Notes: a model not told the origin generated them from the sequence alone. A DNA stretch of 64,000 bases from Diplonema japonicum (GCA_964019335.1 OZ025661.1:682001-746000); one strand, 5' to 3'; counted from the stretch's first letter, positions 33,028 to 44,539 are shown. Numbers and translations: made by a program.

Positions 33028-33858
33028 ATGACATTACACGATGCGAGTATACATGTTTTCTCCGGTTTTTGCAGCAGCGTAGTTTCGAGGACGATGACAG
33101 CGCCGGTTGAGCGGATTAAAATGGAACTACAGTGCGCGACGGGTGCGGGGAGGGAGGGGGTCTACTCGGTGGCGAAGCGCGTGCAAGCGAGCACCGGTGT
33201 AAAAGGTTTTTTCCAGGGCAACCTTGTCAACTGCGTGAAGGTCGGCCCGCAAGGAGCGCTATGGTTCGCCGCCACAGAAATGCTGAAGGAAAAGCTCCCC
33301 GGCCCTCAAGGAGAGATGAAGTCGTTCTGGGCAGGCAGCCTTGCCGGCGTACTCGCCCAATCAGTAGTTTTCCCCTTAGAACCCGTCAAGTCCAGGCTTA
33401 CCCTAGCCACGGGAACCTACAAAGGAATGTCAGATTGTCTAGCTCAACTAATTCGCCAGCATGGGCTGAAAGGGGTATATAAAGGATGGGTTCCAGCCAT
33501 GGCCGGGGTTATCCCTTACGCTGGTATAGATAGATGTGCTTATGACCGCTTTCTCAAGCACGCGCCTCCCTCCAACTACACTCCTTTGCTTTGTGGTTTC
33601 ATCTCTTCTTCCATTGCGTGTACAGTTGCGTATCCTCTTGCTCTGATACGGACTCGTTTGCAGGTTCAGGGGATGGCCTCTAACAGGCCTCATATTTACA
33701 AGGGGTCCTGGCATTGCTTCACCACGATACACCGCTCGGAGGGGGTGACAGGTTTGTGGAAAGGGTTGCTCCCTTCTCTTGCGAAGTCTGCGCCTGCGTC
33801 CGCTGTTAGCTACTGTATTTATGAGTGGACAAAGAGAAATCTGGCAGCTGTTTGGTGA
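33028..33858 (+). CDS. Mitochondrial carrier (SLC25), ATP-Mg/Pi- or CoA-carrier-like, no EF-hands
   Basis: Three repeats APVERIKMELQ, FPLEPVKSRL and YPLALIRTRLQ, plus GFFQGNLVNCVKVGP. Confidence 0.9.
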   Translation: MTLHDASIHVFSGFCSSVVSRTMTAPVERIKMELQCATGAGREGVYSVAKRVQASTGVKGFFQGNLVNCVKVGPQGALWFAATEMLKEKLPGPQGEMKSFWAGSLAGVLAQSVVFPLEPVKSRLTLATGTYKGMSDCLAQLIRQHGLKGVYKGWVPAMAGVIPYAGIDRCAYDRFLKHAPPSNYTPLLCGFISSSIACTVAYPLALIRTRLQVQGMASNRPHIYKGSWHCFTTIHRSEGVTGLWKGLLPSLAKSAPASAVSYCIYEWTKRNLAAVW

Positions 33859-34230
33859 TATAAAAAAAAAAAAGGAGGGAGGGTACTTTTCTTTTTTTTT
33901 TTCCCTCGAATGAAACAGACATTTTTTTTATTTGTTAGATTCCCCTCCCCCCCCCCCCCCCCTTCCCGCCAGAGCTCCTGAGAACGGGGGCAATGACATT
34001 CCTTTTTGTTTTTGTTTTTTTTTTTGTTTTTTTTTACTCGTTTCTCCGTCACGGGTTTGTTCTTTTTTCTTTTCTCTTTTTTTTTTTCTCTCTTCTTTTA
34101 TAGATAGTTCTTCCTTATTATTTTTTTTTTGTTTTGTGTGATTCTTCCCCCACCCCCCTTCGATAGAACCCCGTACCATCATTTCCTGAATTTCTTTTTT
34201 ATATTCCCCCCCTTTCCCCCCGAGACCCGC

Positions 34231-34263
<33 letters not shown>

Positions 34264-34327
34264 ACTCATTTTTCACAGAAAACCCCCTTTGGGATCTATC
34301 ACCTTAAACCTTTAAAAAAAAATCACA

Positions 34328-35074
34328 ATGTCTGGTTCCGTCGCCGCCCTTAAGCCTACTGAGAAGGATATCCAGCAGCTTCTCGCATGCAAGACCCAGA
34401 TGGGTACCAAGAACCTGTCCGCCGACATGGAGAGGTACGTGTCTGCAAGGAGGAAGGACGGGATCCACATCCTGAACCTTCACATGACGTGGCAGAAGCT
34501 TATGCTCGCGGCAAGGATGATCGTGACTATTGAGAACCCTGCTGACGTGGTTGTGATCAGCGCAAGGCCCTTCGGGCAGAGGGCCGTCCTCAAGTACGCA
34601 CAGAACACCGGCGCCACCGCCATGGCCGGCAGGTTCTGCCCCGGGTCCTTCACCAACCAGAAGCAGGAGAAGTTCACCCAGCCGAGGCTTATCATTGTTA
34701 CCGACCCCCGTACTGACTTCCAGGCCATCAGGGAGTCTGCCTACGTCAACGTGCCTATCATCGCTTTCTGCGACACCGACTCCCCCCTCACCCACGTCGA
34801 TCTCGCGATCCCCTGCAACAACCGTGGCCGTCTCTCCATCGGTATGCTTTACTGGATGCTCTCCAGGGAGGTCCTCAGGATGAGGTCTGTGATCTCCCGT
34901 GCCGTGGAGTGGGATGTCAAGGTTGACCTGTTCTTCTACCGCGACCCTGAGGAGGTCCTCAAGAAGGAGCAGGAGGACGCCGCACCTGCCGTCGAGGCCC
35001 CCAAGACCGTCGCCGCGGAGTTCGACGAGACAGCCAACTGGGGTGACGACGGTGGCGCCGACTGGGCCAGCTAA
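34328..35074 (+). CDS. RPSA: 40S ribosomal protein SA (uS2)
   Basis: [67 protein letters not shown] and [10 protein letters not shown]. Strong codon bias. Confidence 0.98.
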   Translation: MSGSVAALKPTEKDIQQLLACKTQMGTKNLSADMERYVSARRKDGIHILNLHMTWQKLMLAARMIVTIENPADVVVISARPFGQRAVLKYAQNTGATAMAGRFCPGSFTNQKQEKFTQPRLIIVTDPRTDFQAIRESAYVNVPIIAFCDTDSPLTHVDLAIPCNNRGRLSIGMLYWMLSREVLRMRSVISRAVEWDVKVDLFFYRDPEEVLKKEQEDAAPAVEAPKTVAAEFDETANWGDDGGADWAS

Positions 35075-35243
35075 GCATGAAAGCACCATCAAATTAAAAA
35101 AAAAAAAAAAAAAAAAGACGAACATCATTTTCATTTTTTTTTTTTACGAGCCAAAAAAAAGATTTTTTTTTATTTCCCGCAAAAAAAAAAAAAAAAAAAA
35201 AATCCGTGTAGGTGGGAGGGGAGCGGGAGAGAGGGGGGTGTGA

Positions 35244-36035
35244 ATGATGGTCGATCGCTTCAAGGCCGAGCGGTTGAAGCACCTTCTCGAATCTGAGACG
35301 GCAAAGGTTCGCGAGAGACAGTTGAAGGCCGGAGCTTCCACAGGCATCGACAGCGATTCTTCCGGAGGGCTTCCTTCCCTCCCGAGTGATGGGGAGGATG
35401 AAGACGTTTCAGCACGGCCTCACAGAGTACTGGACGCCACTGCGACACCTACAGGCGGAGGGGCAAGAGGTGGCCAAGAAGACCAAGAAGAAAAAATACA
35501 AGAGCTGCTGCTGGTTCTGCAAGAGGCCAGCAACGAGATTAAGAAAGAACGGCAGCTAAACGAAGCTCTGCGGGACGAGCTGGAGAGGATAAAGGATATC
35601 CACGAAGCAGAGGAGGAAAGAGAAAACGAAAGAGCTCTTCTACAAGAAGAGATTATTCTTCTCAGAGACGAGAACAACAAACTGAAACAATCCATAGAGC
35701 CTTACAAGAAGAAAGTCTGTGAACTCTCTCTCACCTCCGCCCTTGCCTTAGAGCAGCTTGCGATGGGCCGTGCTAAGCTTGCCATGGCGATGGGCCCCTT
35801 CCCTCCTTCCCCTATGCCCGGCTTGGCTACTGCGTCGCCTCCTCCTGTTGCGCCTGTCCCAGTGGTGAAACCCACAGTGACAGTCAACACAAGACGAGCT
35901 GCAAGCCAGTCAAAACGGGGTAGCACCCGGCCTCGATCCGTGTCGCCGTCGTCTCCGCATGACAAGCAACAGCGGCAGGACCAGATGATGGATAGGATGA
36001 GGCGTGCATTTGCGCCGCCACCGAAGTATGGGAGA

Positions 36036-36067
<32 letters not shown>

Positions 36068-36410
36068 CCATGGGTCTTTTGGTCAGCTCCATGGTGCAAG
36101 AGCTGCGAAGGGTCATGCGGGAGCGTGGGACAGAACTTCCGTTGGAGAGGAAGGTATATTTTGGAGTTTTTTTTTTTTTTTATTTGAAAAAAAAAAAAAT
36201 AAAAAAAATAGGGAGACTGTCTTTATATGTTGGGCAACAAAAAGGTCAACCTCGCAGTAAGCGGGGGTAAACTGGTGTGTATCTTTTTTTTTTTTTTTTT
36301 GTTCCCTAAAAGAAGAAAAAAATAAAATACAGGTCGTTAAATCTGGAGGGGGACACCATGACTTCTTGACATTCCTAGAAAAATACATGCACAACAAGGG
36401 CAGGAAGTGA
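35244..36410 (+). CDS. Coiled-coil protein with C-terminal GAS2/GAR-like microtubule-binding domain; exons 35244-36025, 36063-36153, 36212-36274 and 36333-36410
   Basis: Three GT-AG introns restore LPLERK|GDCLYMLGNKKVNLAVSGGKL|VVKSGGGHHDFLTFLEKY, which resembles the GAR consensus (..Y.FG......V.VRVGGGW..L.EFL.K). Confidence 0.75.
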
Positions 36411-36769
36411 GAAGGGGCGGGTGGGGGGGGGCGGGGAGTAAACAACAAAGAAATGATGTGCTTCTTTTTTTTTTTTCTCCGGGAACCCTTAGATAGAATA
36501 GAGTTTATTCAAAATTTTTATATTATTGTCTGTTTCTTCGACTGTAGATTATTTTTTAATTTTTTTTTTGTAGAGGAAAGAAGGGAGAAAAAAAAAAAAG
36601 AAAAAAGAAAAAAAAAGCCCCCTCCACCCCTTCCCCCTCCATTCCAATACCACAACACCCATTCCCCTTCCCCCCCTTTTTTTCTCCCTCCTAAATAAAA
36701 CTATTAAAAAAAAGGTTGGGGTGGGGGAAAAAAAAAACTTTTTTTTTTTTTTTTTTTTTTCCCCGGTAC

Positions 36770-38266
36770 ATGCAACAGAATAATAGTAATACTGATGAAC
36801 AATTCCTATTCTCGATTTCGGAGGAACTTCGCGCGAGGAGGAAGGAGCTGGAGTTGAGGGAGCGCGAGATCAGCGACATGGAGACCAAAACAGGCCACTC
36901 GCGGGTCGGGCTGCGCACCGGCGACAGGGTGAAGACCCGCCGACACATCACATTCAAATCCGGGAAAGTCTCCCCTTTAGGCTCAGTCGGTGTGGTGACA
37001 AAAATCCCAGGCGACCTCCCTGGAAGCATCGCGGAGGTAAAAATCCTCGAAACCGGGCTCTGCTTCGATGCAAGCGACAGAGACGTCGAACCGTTAGTTG
37101 GACAAAACACGCTCCCCGCAATATCACAGGGATACATAACGGAAGAGGAAAATGGTGTGTTACGCGCGCAAGTCGAAGATCTCGCCAGGGAGAACGACAT
37201 CCTCCGCGAGCACTTCAAAAAAGTTCAACTAGAAGGCGAGGAACGACAGAGGAGAAAACCCTCGGGGGAAAAAATCGACGCCGTTCCACCGCCTTCTCAA
37301 ACATTTTGCTGCGACGACCCCGACTCTAAATACTGTAAAAAAACCGGTCTGAAACACTCCTCATCTACCCACGCACATCGTTCAAAAATTATCCCGGGCT
37401 CCACAAAATCTCTTATAATATCCGTTTCCCACTTCGGCACCCCTGAAAAACTCCGAAATTCAATAGAAACCGGCCTCGCGGTGAAATCGTTCCTGCAACG
37501 CGAGGGTTTTGCAGGATCCTGTGTACACCTCACCGAAGAAGTACCCGTGAAGTCCCCCACAAGGGCGAACATTATCCGATGTCTCAATTGGCTTGTCTCC
37601 GGTGCGAAGCCAGGAGATTGCCTGTACCTTCATTTCATCGGACATTCTCTGTTGCCAGATGATTGTTCGCAGCTGAGGGACGACCAACGGGTTCCGTTTC
37701 AAGGAATCGCGCCTGTCGATGTTCATGAAGAGGGTTACGTCTACGTGGATGAAATGGTGAAAATATTCGAAACCCTTCCAAAGGGTTCTAAGCTGACCGC
37801 TGTTTTCGACACCGAACCATGTGGAATGACGATCCCGTTGCAATATAAATTTCTTGCGAACGGAGGTGAGCTTTTTTCCGAGTCGTGTGTTAGCCTGCCT
37901 GCTACCATTGTTGCTGTGTCGTGCGAGCCTTCTAGACGGTCGCACGCGAACACTCTTACCCCGCCAAGCCGGGGTCCTCAAGAAACGCATAACGGTTCCT
38001 TCACCACCGCCTACATCACCTCCATGGAAATGCAGTATCGACCCACGACGGTCTCCGTCCTGACCGGGATCCGTTCGCTTCTCCACCAATACAAAATACC
38101 GTACTCCCCTGTGGTGGTGTCTTCGACACCTTTCCTCTCCGGCGACATCTTAAAACTCGGAACCCTGACGAAGATAGAGGAGCAACGCAGGCTCCGAAAC
38201 TGGGGCGAACGGCTCTCCCAATCAGGCCCTGCTTCTTACAACCAAGAGCTTTATGACGATATTTGA
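36770..38266 (+). CDS. Metacaspase-like protein with altered catalytic motifs and N-terminal coiled-coil/SH3-like/Cys-His modules
   Basis: PTRANIIRCLNWLVSGAKPGDCLYLHFIGH, IAPVD..EEG and LTAVFD match type I metacaspases. The nucleophile motif reads DTEPCG instead of D[ASC]CHSG. Confidence 0.8.
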   Translation: MQQNNSNTDEQFLFSISEELRARRKELELREREISDMETKTGHSRVGLRTGDRVKTRRHITFKSGKVSPLGSVGVVTKIPGDLPGSIAEVKILETGLCFDASDRDVEPLVGQNTLPAISQGYITEEENGVLRAQVEDLARENDILREHFKKVQLEGEERQRRKPSGEKIDAVPPPSQTFCCDDPDSKYCKKTGLKHSSSTHAHRSKIIPGSTKSLIISVSHFGTPEKLRNSIETGLAVKSFLQREGFAGSCVHLTEEVPVKSPTRANIIRCLNWLVSGAKPGDCLYLHFIGHSLLPDDCSQLRDDQRVPFQGIAPVDVHEEGYVYVDEMVKIFETLPKGSKLTAVFDTEPCGMTIPLQYKFLANGGELFSESCVSLPATIVAVSCEPSRRSHANTLTPPSRGPQETHNGSFTTAYITSMEMQYRPTTVSVLTGIRSLLHQYKIPYSPVVVSSTPFLSGDILKLGTLTKIEEQRRLRNWGERLSQSGPASYNQELYDDI

Positions 38267-38390
38267 AAAATGTACCCCCTCCAAACCCTCATTTTTTTTA
38301 TTCCCCCTGTGCAGTTACTTTTTTTTTTTCCTTTTTTTTCTCGTCGACAAAAAAAAAAAAAAAAAAAAAGAGGCGGGGATATATAATATA

Positions 38391-39668
38391 ATGAGCATCC
38401 GCTACACACACACAAGTTCCTCAGCCCGGTACTCGAATCTGTTCTCTCTTCTCGATGACGGGAACAAAGGCAGTCTGCAGCATGGAAGGGGGATAATCGA
38501 AGCGATGCTGATTCTGAACCCAAGACAGAACGAGGGGACCGTCACGGAGGTGCTGCAGAAGGTGGCACGGGAAGGGTGGATCGACGAAAAGGGTTTCGAG
38601 AGCGCGGTGAACAGCCTTACCTTTAATATGGACGGAAGCGAGAAGGCAAACGCCGTCAGAGACATGACAAAAACACTGAAGGACGCGAGGAGAAGGAGGT
38701 TCTTGATGTTCTCTGACCACATCACACGCGCTGACGTGAACCAGGAACAACTTGCGGTGAATCTAGCAGGCGGCTCAACATCCCTAGCTATGTATGAGGA
38801 GCTCTATGCGTACGGCCTGCGGCAGGAAGGAACAAGGCTCACCCTCACCTCCTTCGACAAACTGTTAACCGCAATCTGCCCCTCCCAACCCGTCCAAGAA
38901 AAGCTCGAAATGCTGAAAATCGCAAACCTCGATCCAGAAACAAACACCGGCATCGATTTCACAGAGTTTTTAATCCTCATGAAGGCGGCCAGGTTCAACG
39001 CCCGGCTCTCCGACTTAGTTTCCGTCGTGCGCACGAAGATCGCGCAAGGGATGGAACTGGAGCCCTCGGTTGGGATGGCGAGGTATTTAACACCAGGGAA
39101 GAACCTGAAGCAGGATATCCAGGAAACAATGGAACGAGACAGACAGTTGGATTTGAAACGGAAAGCGCTTTTAGACGCCAGGATAACAGACGGAAACAGC
39201 AGCGGGTACAGAGCGCATCAGATCGAACTGGACCTGGCCAGGTCGCGTGCTGTGGAGGCCGAGCAGCGTGCCGACGCTGCGGAGCAACGTGCGGCAGAGG
39301 TTGACATTCAGAACTACCGGTTCCCCTCGGTGGTGAACTCAAACGTCTCTGCGGACGAAGTGCGGACGAAGCACTCGGAGCTGCGGGCGAACCTGCGCAG
39401 GCTCGAGTCGGCGCACCCGTCGACCCACCAGGCCCTCGACATCGCGAGGGAGTTCGACCGTCTCCTCACCGAGCTCACCGGTGCCGATCCAGATGGCGAC
39501 CCTTTGACCATCCCCGGCATTGCCAACCATACTTCGACAGGGACGACCTCTTCAGTCGGAACAGGCGAGGCACGCAAGCAGACCTACGCCCAACAGACCA
39601 TCGACAGACTCTCGAGACTCGGAAGCCAAAGCGCTAAAAAAAAGCAGCAACAACAACGATGGAAGTAG
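38391..39668 (+). CDS. EF-hand and coiled-coil protein of unknown function
   Basis: Long ORF after an A-rich spacer. Degenerate EF-hand loops (DDGNKGSL, DPETNTGIDFTEFL) and coiled-coil AEQRADAAEQRAAE. Confidence 0.7.
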   Translation: MSIRYTHTSSSARYSNLFSLLDDGNKGSLQHGRGIIEAMLILNPRQNEGTVTEVLQKVAREGWIDEKGFESAVNSLTFNMDGSEKANAVRDMTKTLKDARRRRFLMFSDHITRADVNQEQLAVNLAGGSTSLAMYEELYAYGLRQEGTRLTLTSFDKLLTAICPSQPVQEKLEMLKIANLDPETNTGIDFTEFLILMKAARFNARLSDLVSVVRTKIAQGMELEPSVGMARYLTPGKNLKQDIQETMERDRQLDLKRKALLDARITDGNSSGYRAHQIELDLARSRAVEAEQRADAAEQRAAEVDIQNYRFPSVVNSNVSADEVRTKHSELRANLRRLESAHPSTHQALDIAREFDRLLTELTGADPDGDPLTIPGIANHTSTGTTSSVGTGEARKQTYAQQTIDRLSRLGSQSAKKKQQQQRWK

Positions 39669-39850
39669 AGATAGATTAATGAGTAGGGGAGAAAAAAGAA
39701 AGAGATTGTTTTCTCTTTTTTCTATTTTGTGTAGTTCTTGTAGTTTCCCCCCTCCCCCCCCCCCCCCCGTCCTCCCTTTACACAATAAATACAAAAACAA
39801 AAGATTCTAAACACACACAAAAAAAAAAAGAAGAAGAAGTTGCTCGAAAG

Positions 39851-41230
39851 ATGCCTAATGACGTGGCAAATAGATTCTACGGCCCGAGTGCAAAAGACAG
39901 TTCCAGTGCCGCAGAAGAGTTCACGAATCCTAAAAATTTGAAACCTTGCAACACGGACCTCGGTCCAGTGGGCTCAACAACGATGCACAAGGAAGAAAAA
40001 GGAGAGTTGAACAAGGGGGATTCTTTTGTGATCGTCAGTGACTCGGTGAGACCCAACCCTTCTCCCTCATTGAGCAATGCGGGCAATATCGTACACAGGT
40101 GTTCTAAAGGTACACATCCTTGCACACCGAACGAAACCGACATGTTGAATCCTTCCGCTGTGAATAAAAATAAAGGCACATCCACGAGCATCACATCAGG
40201 AGGCACTTCGAACATCACACCGAACGCGGAAAGCACTTCGGCCATCAGTTGGGATGTGGAAAGCACTTCGGCCATCAAAATGGAAAGCACTTCAGCCATC
40301 AGATTGGAAAGCACCTCAGCCATCAGATCGAACGCAGGAAGCACTTCTTTTTTCAGCAAGACCAAGTCCTCAGTAGTCCCCATTGGGTGTTCAGCAAAGT
40401 TGGATCTGGGCCTGCGGATCGGGAAGGGACTGGACGCATCGAAGAGCAACTTCGCGGAGGTTAACGTGGGGGCGAAGCTTGGGAACATCAACATAGACTA
40501 CCAGCAGTCGTTTGGAGGGCTCCCGAAGCATACCCTTGGGGTCAGCATCCCGCTGAAAATATCTACGGAACCGGACAAAGCGACGTTGGGTCTGTCCATG
40601 GTGGTGACCCCGGTGGTACAGCTGATGCGCGGGTCCTTGAAGGTAGACAGGTGGTGGAACAACCCCATTCTGGGTCTTCCCCTGCAGATGGGGAACATCA
40701 TCCTCGGGATGGAATGTGATGTGAAGTTGATCCCGACCGGGTTCAACATCGGCGGGGCGGTCTGTCTGGGGAAGACGGAGCAGCGCAAGACAAAAACACA
40801 GCCCTTCATTACCTACATCAGGGTGAGCGCGACGAGTCTTGCTGACAACTACATCATCGTGGTGATACCGGAGGTCACGATCGGCGGGATTGTCAACACG
40901 GTGACGGGCTACTTCCCCGCCCTGAAGGACGTGGGGGCGTTGACGCCCAAGAAGCTCGCAGAGTCGGGGATCCGCGTCTCCTTCTCCATAAGTTTCGTGA
41001 AGCAAAAGTTGGCCTTCGAGAGCAGTGACGTGGTGATCCCGGTGGGGGCCATCTTGCAGGGGGACGTCAACCTCCTCGGGTGGAAGACTTCACCCGACCT
41101 CGGGGTGAGCGAGACGTGGGTTTGCGCCTTCATGAAAGGGGCACAGGCGTTCGCTTACGCGGGATTTGTTTCCCTGCTCCCGAGAAAAAAAAAAAAAAGA
41201 TTCCACGGTGTTTGGAAGTATCGTGTATGA
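39851..41230 (+). CDS. Hypothetical 459-aa ORF with ESTSAI repeats and a beta-rich C-terminal half; possibly a decayed or chimeric gene
   Basis: Open frame free of homopolymers. Tandem GAAAGCACTTCGGCCATCA-like units at about 40228-40346. GC-richer segment at 40430-41170. No family recognised with confidence. Confidence 0.4.
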   Translation: MPNDVANRFYGPSAKDSSSAAEEFTNPKNLKPCNTDLGPVGSTTMHKEEKGELNKGDSFVIVSDSVRPNPSPSLSNAGNIVHRCSKGTHPCTPNETDMLNPSAVNKNKGTSTSITSGGTSNITPNAESTSAISWDVESTSAIKMESTSAIRLESTSAIRSNAGSTSFFSKTKSSVVPIGCSAKLDLGLRIGKGLDASKSNFAEVNVGAKLGNINIDYQQSFGGLPKHTLGVSIPLKISTEPDKATLGLSMVVTPVVQLMRGSLKVDRWWNNPILGLPLQMGNIILGMECDVKLIPTGFNIGGAVCLGKTEQRKTKTQPFITYIRVSATSLADNYIIVVIPEVTIGGIVNTVTGYFPALKDVGALTPKKLAESGIRVSFSISFVKQKLAFESSDVVIPVGAILQGDVNLLGWKTSPDLGVSETWVCAFMKGAQAFAYAGFVSLLPRKKKKRFHGVWKYRV

Positions 41231-41255
41231 GGCTTCCACGCCTCATCCTCCATTT

Positions 41256-41284
<29 letters not shown>

Positions 41285-41287
<3 letters not shown>

Positions 41288-41395
41288 GATTTTATAACTA
41301 TATGAAACTTGTGCCGAGCAAAAAACTTTGCGCAGTTTTTTAAAAACCTTTTTTGCTCGTGCGAACAACAAAGACATATAGTCATAAAGAATTAT
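41285..41395. repeat. Dispersed ~140-bp hairpin-containing repeat (other copies: 42955-43260 split, 44401-44540 inverted, 55646-55775, 60771-60890)
   Basis: Consensus ACAAATATTTATCTTTCAAAAAATGATTTTATAACTATATGCAACTTGTGCCGAGCAAAAAACTTTCGCAGCTTTTTAAAAA..TTTTTTGCTCGTGCGAACAACAAAGACATATAGTCATAAAGAATT. Confidence 0.9.
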
Positions 41396-41408
41396 TTTTT
41401 TTTTCTCT

Positions 41409-41457
<49 letters not shown>

Positions 41458-43007
41458 TGACATGTGAGTTTTGTGGCTTGAAACAAAAAAAAAAAGAGGA
41501 GGGGAGGAAAAAAGAGAAGGAAAGAAATGAATAATTTTCAGTACTTTTTTTTTTGCAGGTATTCAGTTAATTACCCTCCCCCTCCTTTTTATATCTCTCC
41601 TTTTTTTTTTTTATACATTTTATTTCCCCCCGCATTTTGACGAAAAACTCCCGTGTGTCATTTGTTCTATATTACCTTGGCAGCAAAGAAGATACTGCGC
41701 AGGTGGGGGGGGGGGGGGGGGGGTGAGGATAAGGATGAAACAATTTCAATCTGCTGCGACTTTCTTCTATTCTTTTTATTTCTAGGGTACTTTTTAGGGT
41801 TCGTTTACAAACCCAAAAAGTTCCCCAGTTGCCGGCTCAAACAAGCCGGTGATTTACCCCCCCCTTTTTTTTTGCATCAGAGAAAACCAAGAAGGACCTT
41901 AAGAAACTGGGCAGGAAGTGGCAAGAAGAGAGAGAAGCTGCTTTGAGAAAGGCAACACAGCCTAAAAAAGAAAGAAAGGCCGAGGCCCCAGAAGGGAGAA
42001 TGGGGTAGATAAGCAGAGACAAGGGGGGCGTACCATACAGGAACCTCCTTTATCTCATCACTTTCTTCTTTTTTTTTTTTCTCATTAGATGAATTAAGAA
42101 TTGATTGTCGTTTAGCGACACCGCCGGTTACCTTCAAAGACAGTTTTTTTTATTTATTTTCTCTCTTTTTTTTTTTTTTTTTTTTTTTTTCTTTTTTTCT
42201 TCTAACGCTGTGATTATTTACTAAATAAAAATTACGAGGAATGTTTTTTTTTTTTCTTTTTTTTTTCTTCCCCTTTTTTTTTCCCCACGCTTTTTTTATT
42301 AACTACTCGTGAATCATCACGGAAAAGAAAAAAAAAGAAAAAAAAAAGAAGAAAAAAAAACATTCCGAGTAAGAATCTTGCTAATCTTTATTTAGTATTT
42401 GCTAATTTTGTAAAGTTGAATGAGGAAATTTCGAACACTACGAAAAAAAAGAAATAGAGAAAAACTGGGGAAAAAAAAAAAAAAAAAAAACCCTGAAAAT
42501 TGCTTAGAAAGTTTAAAATCGGATTTACTTTGCATTTATTCTGCACTTTTTTTTTTAACCTTTACTCGTGAAAAAGGTAAAAGCGATTTCTGATTTTTTT
42601 TTTATTTATTTATTTTTTTTTTTTTTTTATGGTTCTGTGGAATTTTTCCTCGTGTAACTTTACCGAATTATAAAAAAAAATTTTTTAACGCATTTTAACC
42701 CTTTTTTTTTTCAGGCCGTGGCATGTGCTTCCATGCCTCTTCTTCCCCTTTTGTCCCCTTCAAATGCTGAGTGACCCGGCCTGAGGGATTGCGGGAGTTA
42801 CTTAGCGGAAACGAGGTGGTTTCTTTAGGTGGGTGATAACATGGAAATAAGAAGTACATCAGATGTGTTGACCTCCACGTTAGGTCATCACAGGTGCGGC
42901 CCCTGTGATCAAGTAAAAAGCCCATTTGTTCCCCCCTCCCCTTTTTTTTTCTCCTACAAATATTTATCTTTCAAAATGAATTTTTTAACTACATGCAACT
43001 TGTGCCG

Positions 43008-43047
<40 letters not shown>

Positions 43048-44400
43048 AGCCTGGCTTATACTCTCTATCGGCACCCGGAGGCGCAATCGAGATCCACCGG
43101 CGCTGCAGGTGCTTCCTCGGGGTAAAGAACAGCAGTTAGTTCGGAAGGATCGAAGTCGATGCAAGCCGTTTAAACGTTTAAAAAAAAAAAAATCTTCGCA
43201 GCTTTAAAAAGCCCCCCCCTCTTTTTTTTGCTCGTGCGAACAACAAAGACATGTAGTCATATTTTCCTCCTTTCTTTCTCTTTACGCTCCGTTGACGTCT
43301 TCCCTGCGCGTCATTTCCAGCCCTCCTCTCCGACCCCCCTTTTCTTAAGGACGCATATGCCCTCGTAGCTCTTTAGTGATTAATAACGAATTATGAGTCA
43401 TTATTTAACTCGAGTTGCCGGATTTTTTGCAAAAAAAAAAAAAAAAAAAAAAAAAAACGGTAACGAGTGTTAAATAATGGCTCATTTGGCGGCAAGTAAG
43501 TCGTTTTATTTCACTCTTTGTCACTTGAGTCACTCACTTTTCACTGCTGTTTTCCTCTTATGGGTCAGCTTTTTTGGGGGGGGGATTTCCCTAAGGTAAT
43601 ACGGGGGAATTTCGCCGTGGCATTTTTAAGGTGTAAAGCACTTGTTCCCACTTTTAAGGGCCGGAATGGCCTCAGATGGCCAAAAATAGTCAAAATACCC
43701 CATCCCCCAAAAAAAGTTTTCAATGGGGTTGGGTACTTTTTTTTTCTACGACAAAAAAAGACCCGTTTCACTCTGAAGCCCTATAATTTTAACTCCAAAA
43801 TCTCATAATTTAACTAGTGAGTGAAGAAAATGACGAAGAGTGAAATAATAAAATAGCTATTTATTTGCAACAAATTATGGCCATAATTTACTCGAGAACT
43901 GTGGGTTTTTGGCCGAGGGCCCGCAGGGCCCGAGGTCAAAAAAACGGTTCGAGAGTAAATGGGATGGCCATATTTTGGCGCAAAGTAAGTAATTTTATCT
44001 GATTGTTCAGAAATTGAGTCACTCCGAGTGACCGAGAAAGTGGGCCAAAAACCCAAAACCAAATTATGAGCTATCAACTGCCAATAATAGCTATCAAATT
44101 ATGAAAAACGGCCTATTTTCAGCTGATTCAGGCGGAAGTGCAGTGACCGTATGCATTTTAAGTCTCCCAGACAACCCTGTGGTGTTTTGTGGATGATACC
44201 ATGATAAAATAAGAAAAGAATGATTTTACTTGGGGTTATTCTACCTACCACTAGCTGCTCTCCGAGCTGGAGTCTGTCGTCGACCAGCAGCGAGCTTGCT
44301 GTGGTTGGAGTTGTTGAGTATATGTCTGAGCTCACAAGGCTGAAGTAGGTTTGGAAAATGTCCTCGGTTAGGAGTGAAGAAATTTCTGAACTATCAGATT

Positions 44401-44539
44401 AAAAAATAATTCTTTATGACTATATGTCTTTGTTGTTCGCACGAGCAAAAAAGGTTTTTTAAAAAGCTGCGAAAGTTTTTTGCTCGGCACAAGTTGCATA
44501 AAGTTATAAAATCATTTTTTGAAAGATAAATATTTGTAA

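Noticed and set aside
34304-35134. 276-aa antisense ORF over RPSA, and similar antisense ORFs elsewhere
   Set aside because: Expected shadow of strongly biased codon usage; no recognisable motifs.
42694-42790. Possible tiny piggyBac-like MITE (TTAACCCT..TCAGGCCG / CGGCCTGAGGG)
   Set aside because: Termini are too degenerate and there is no matching TSD on the right.
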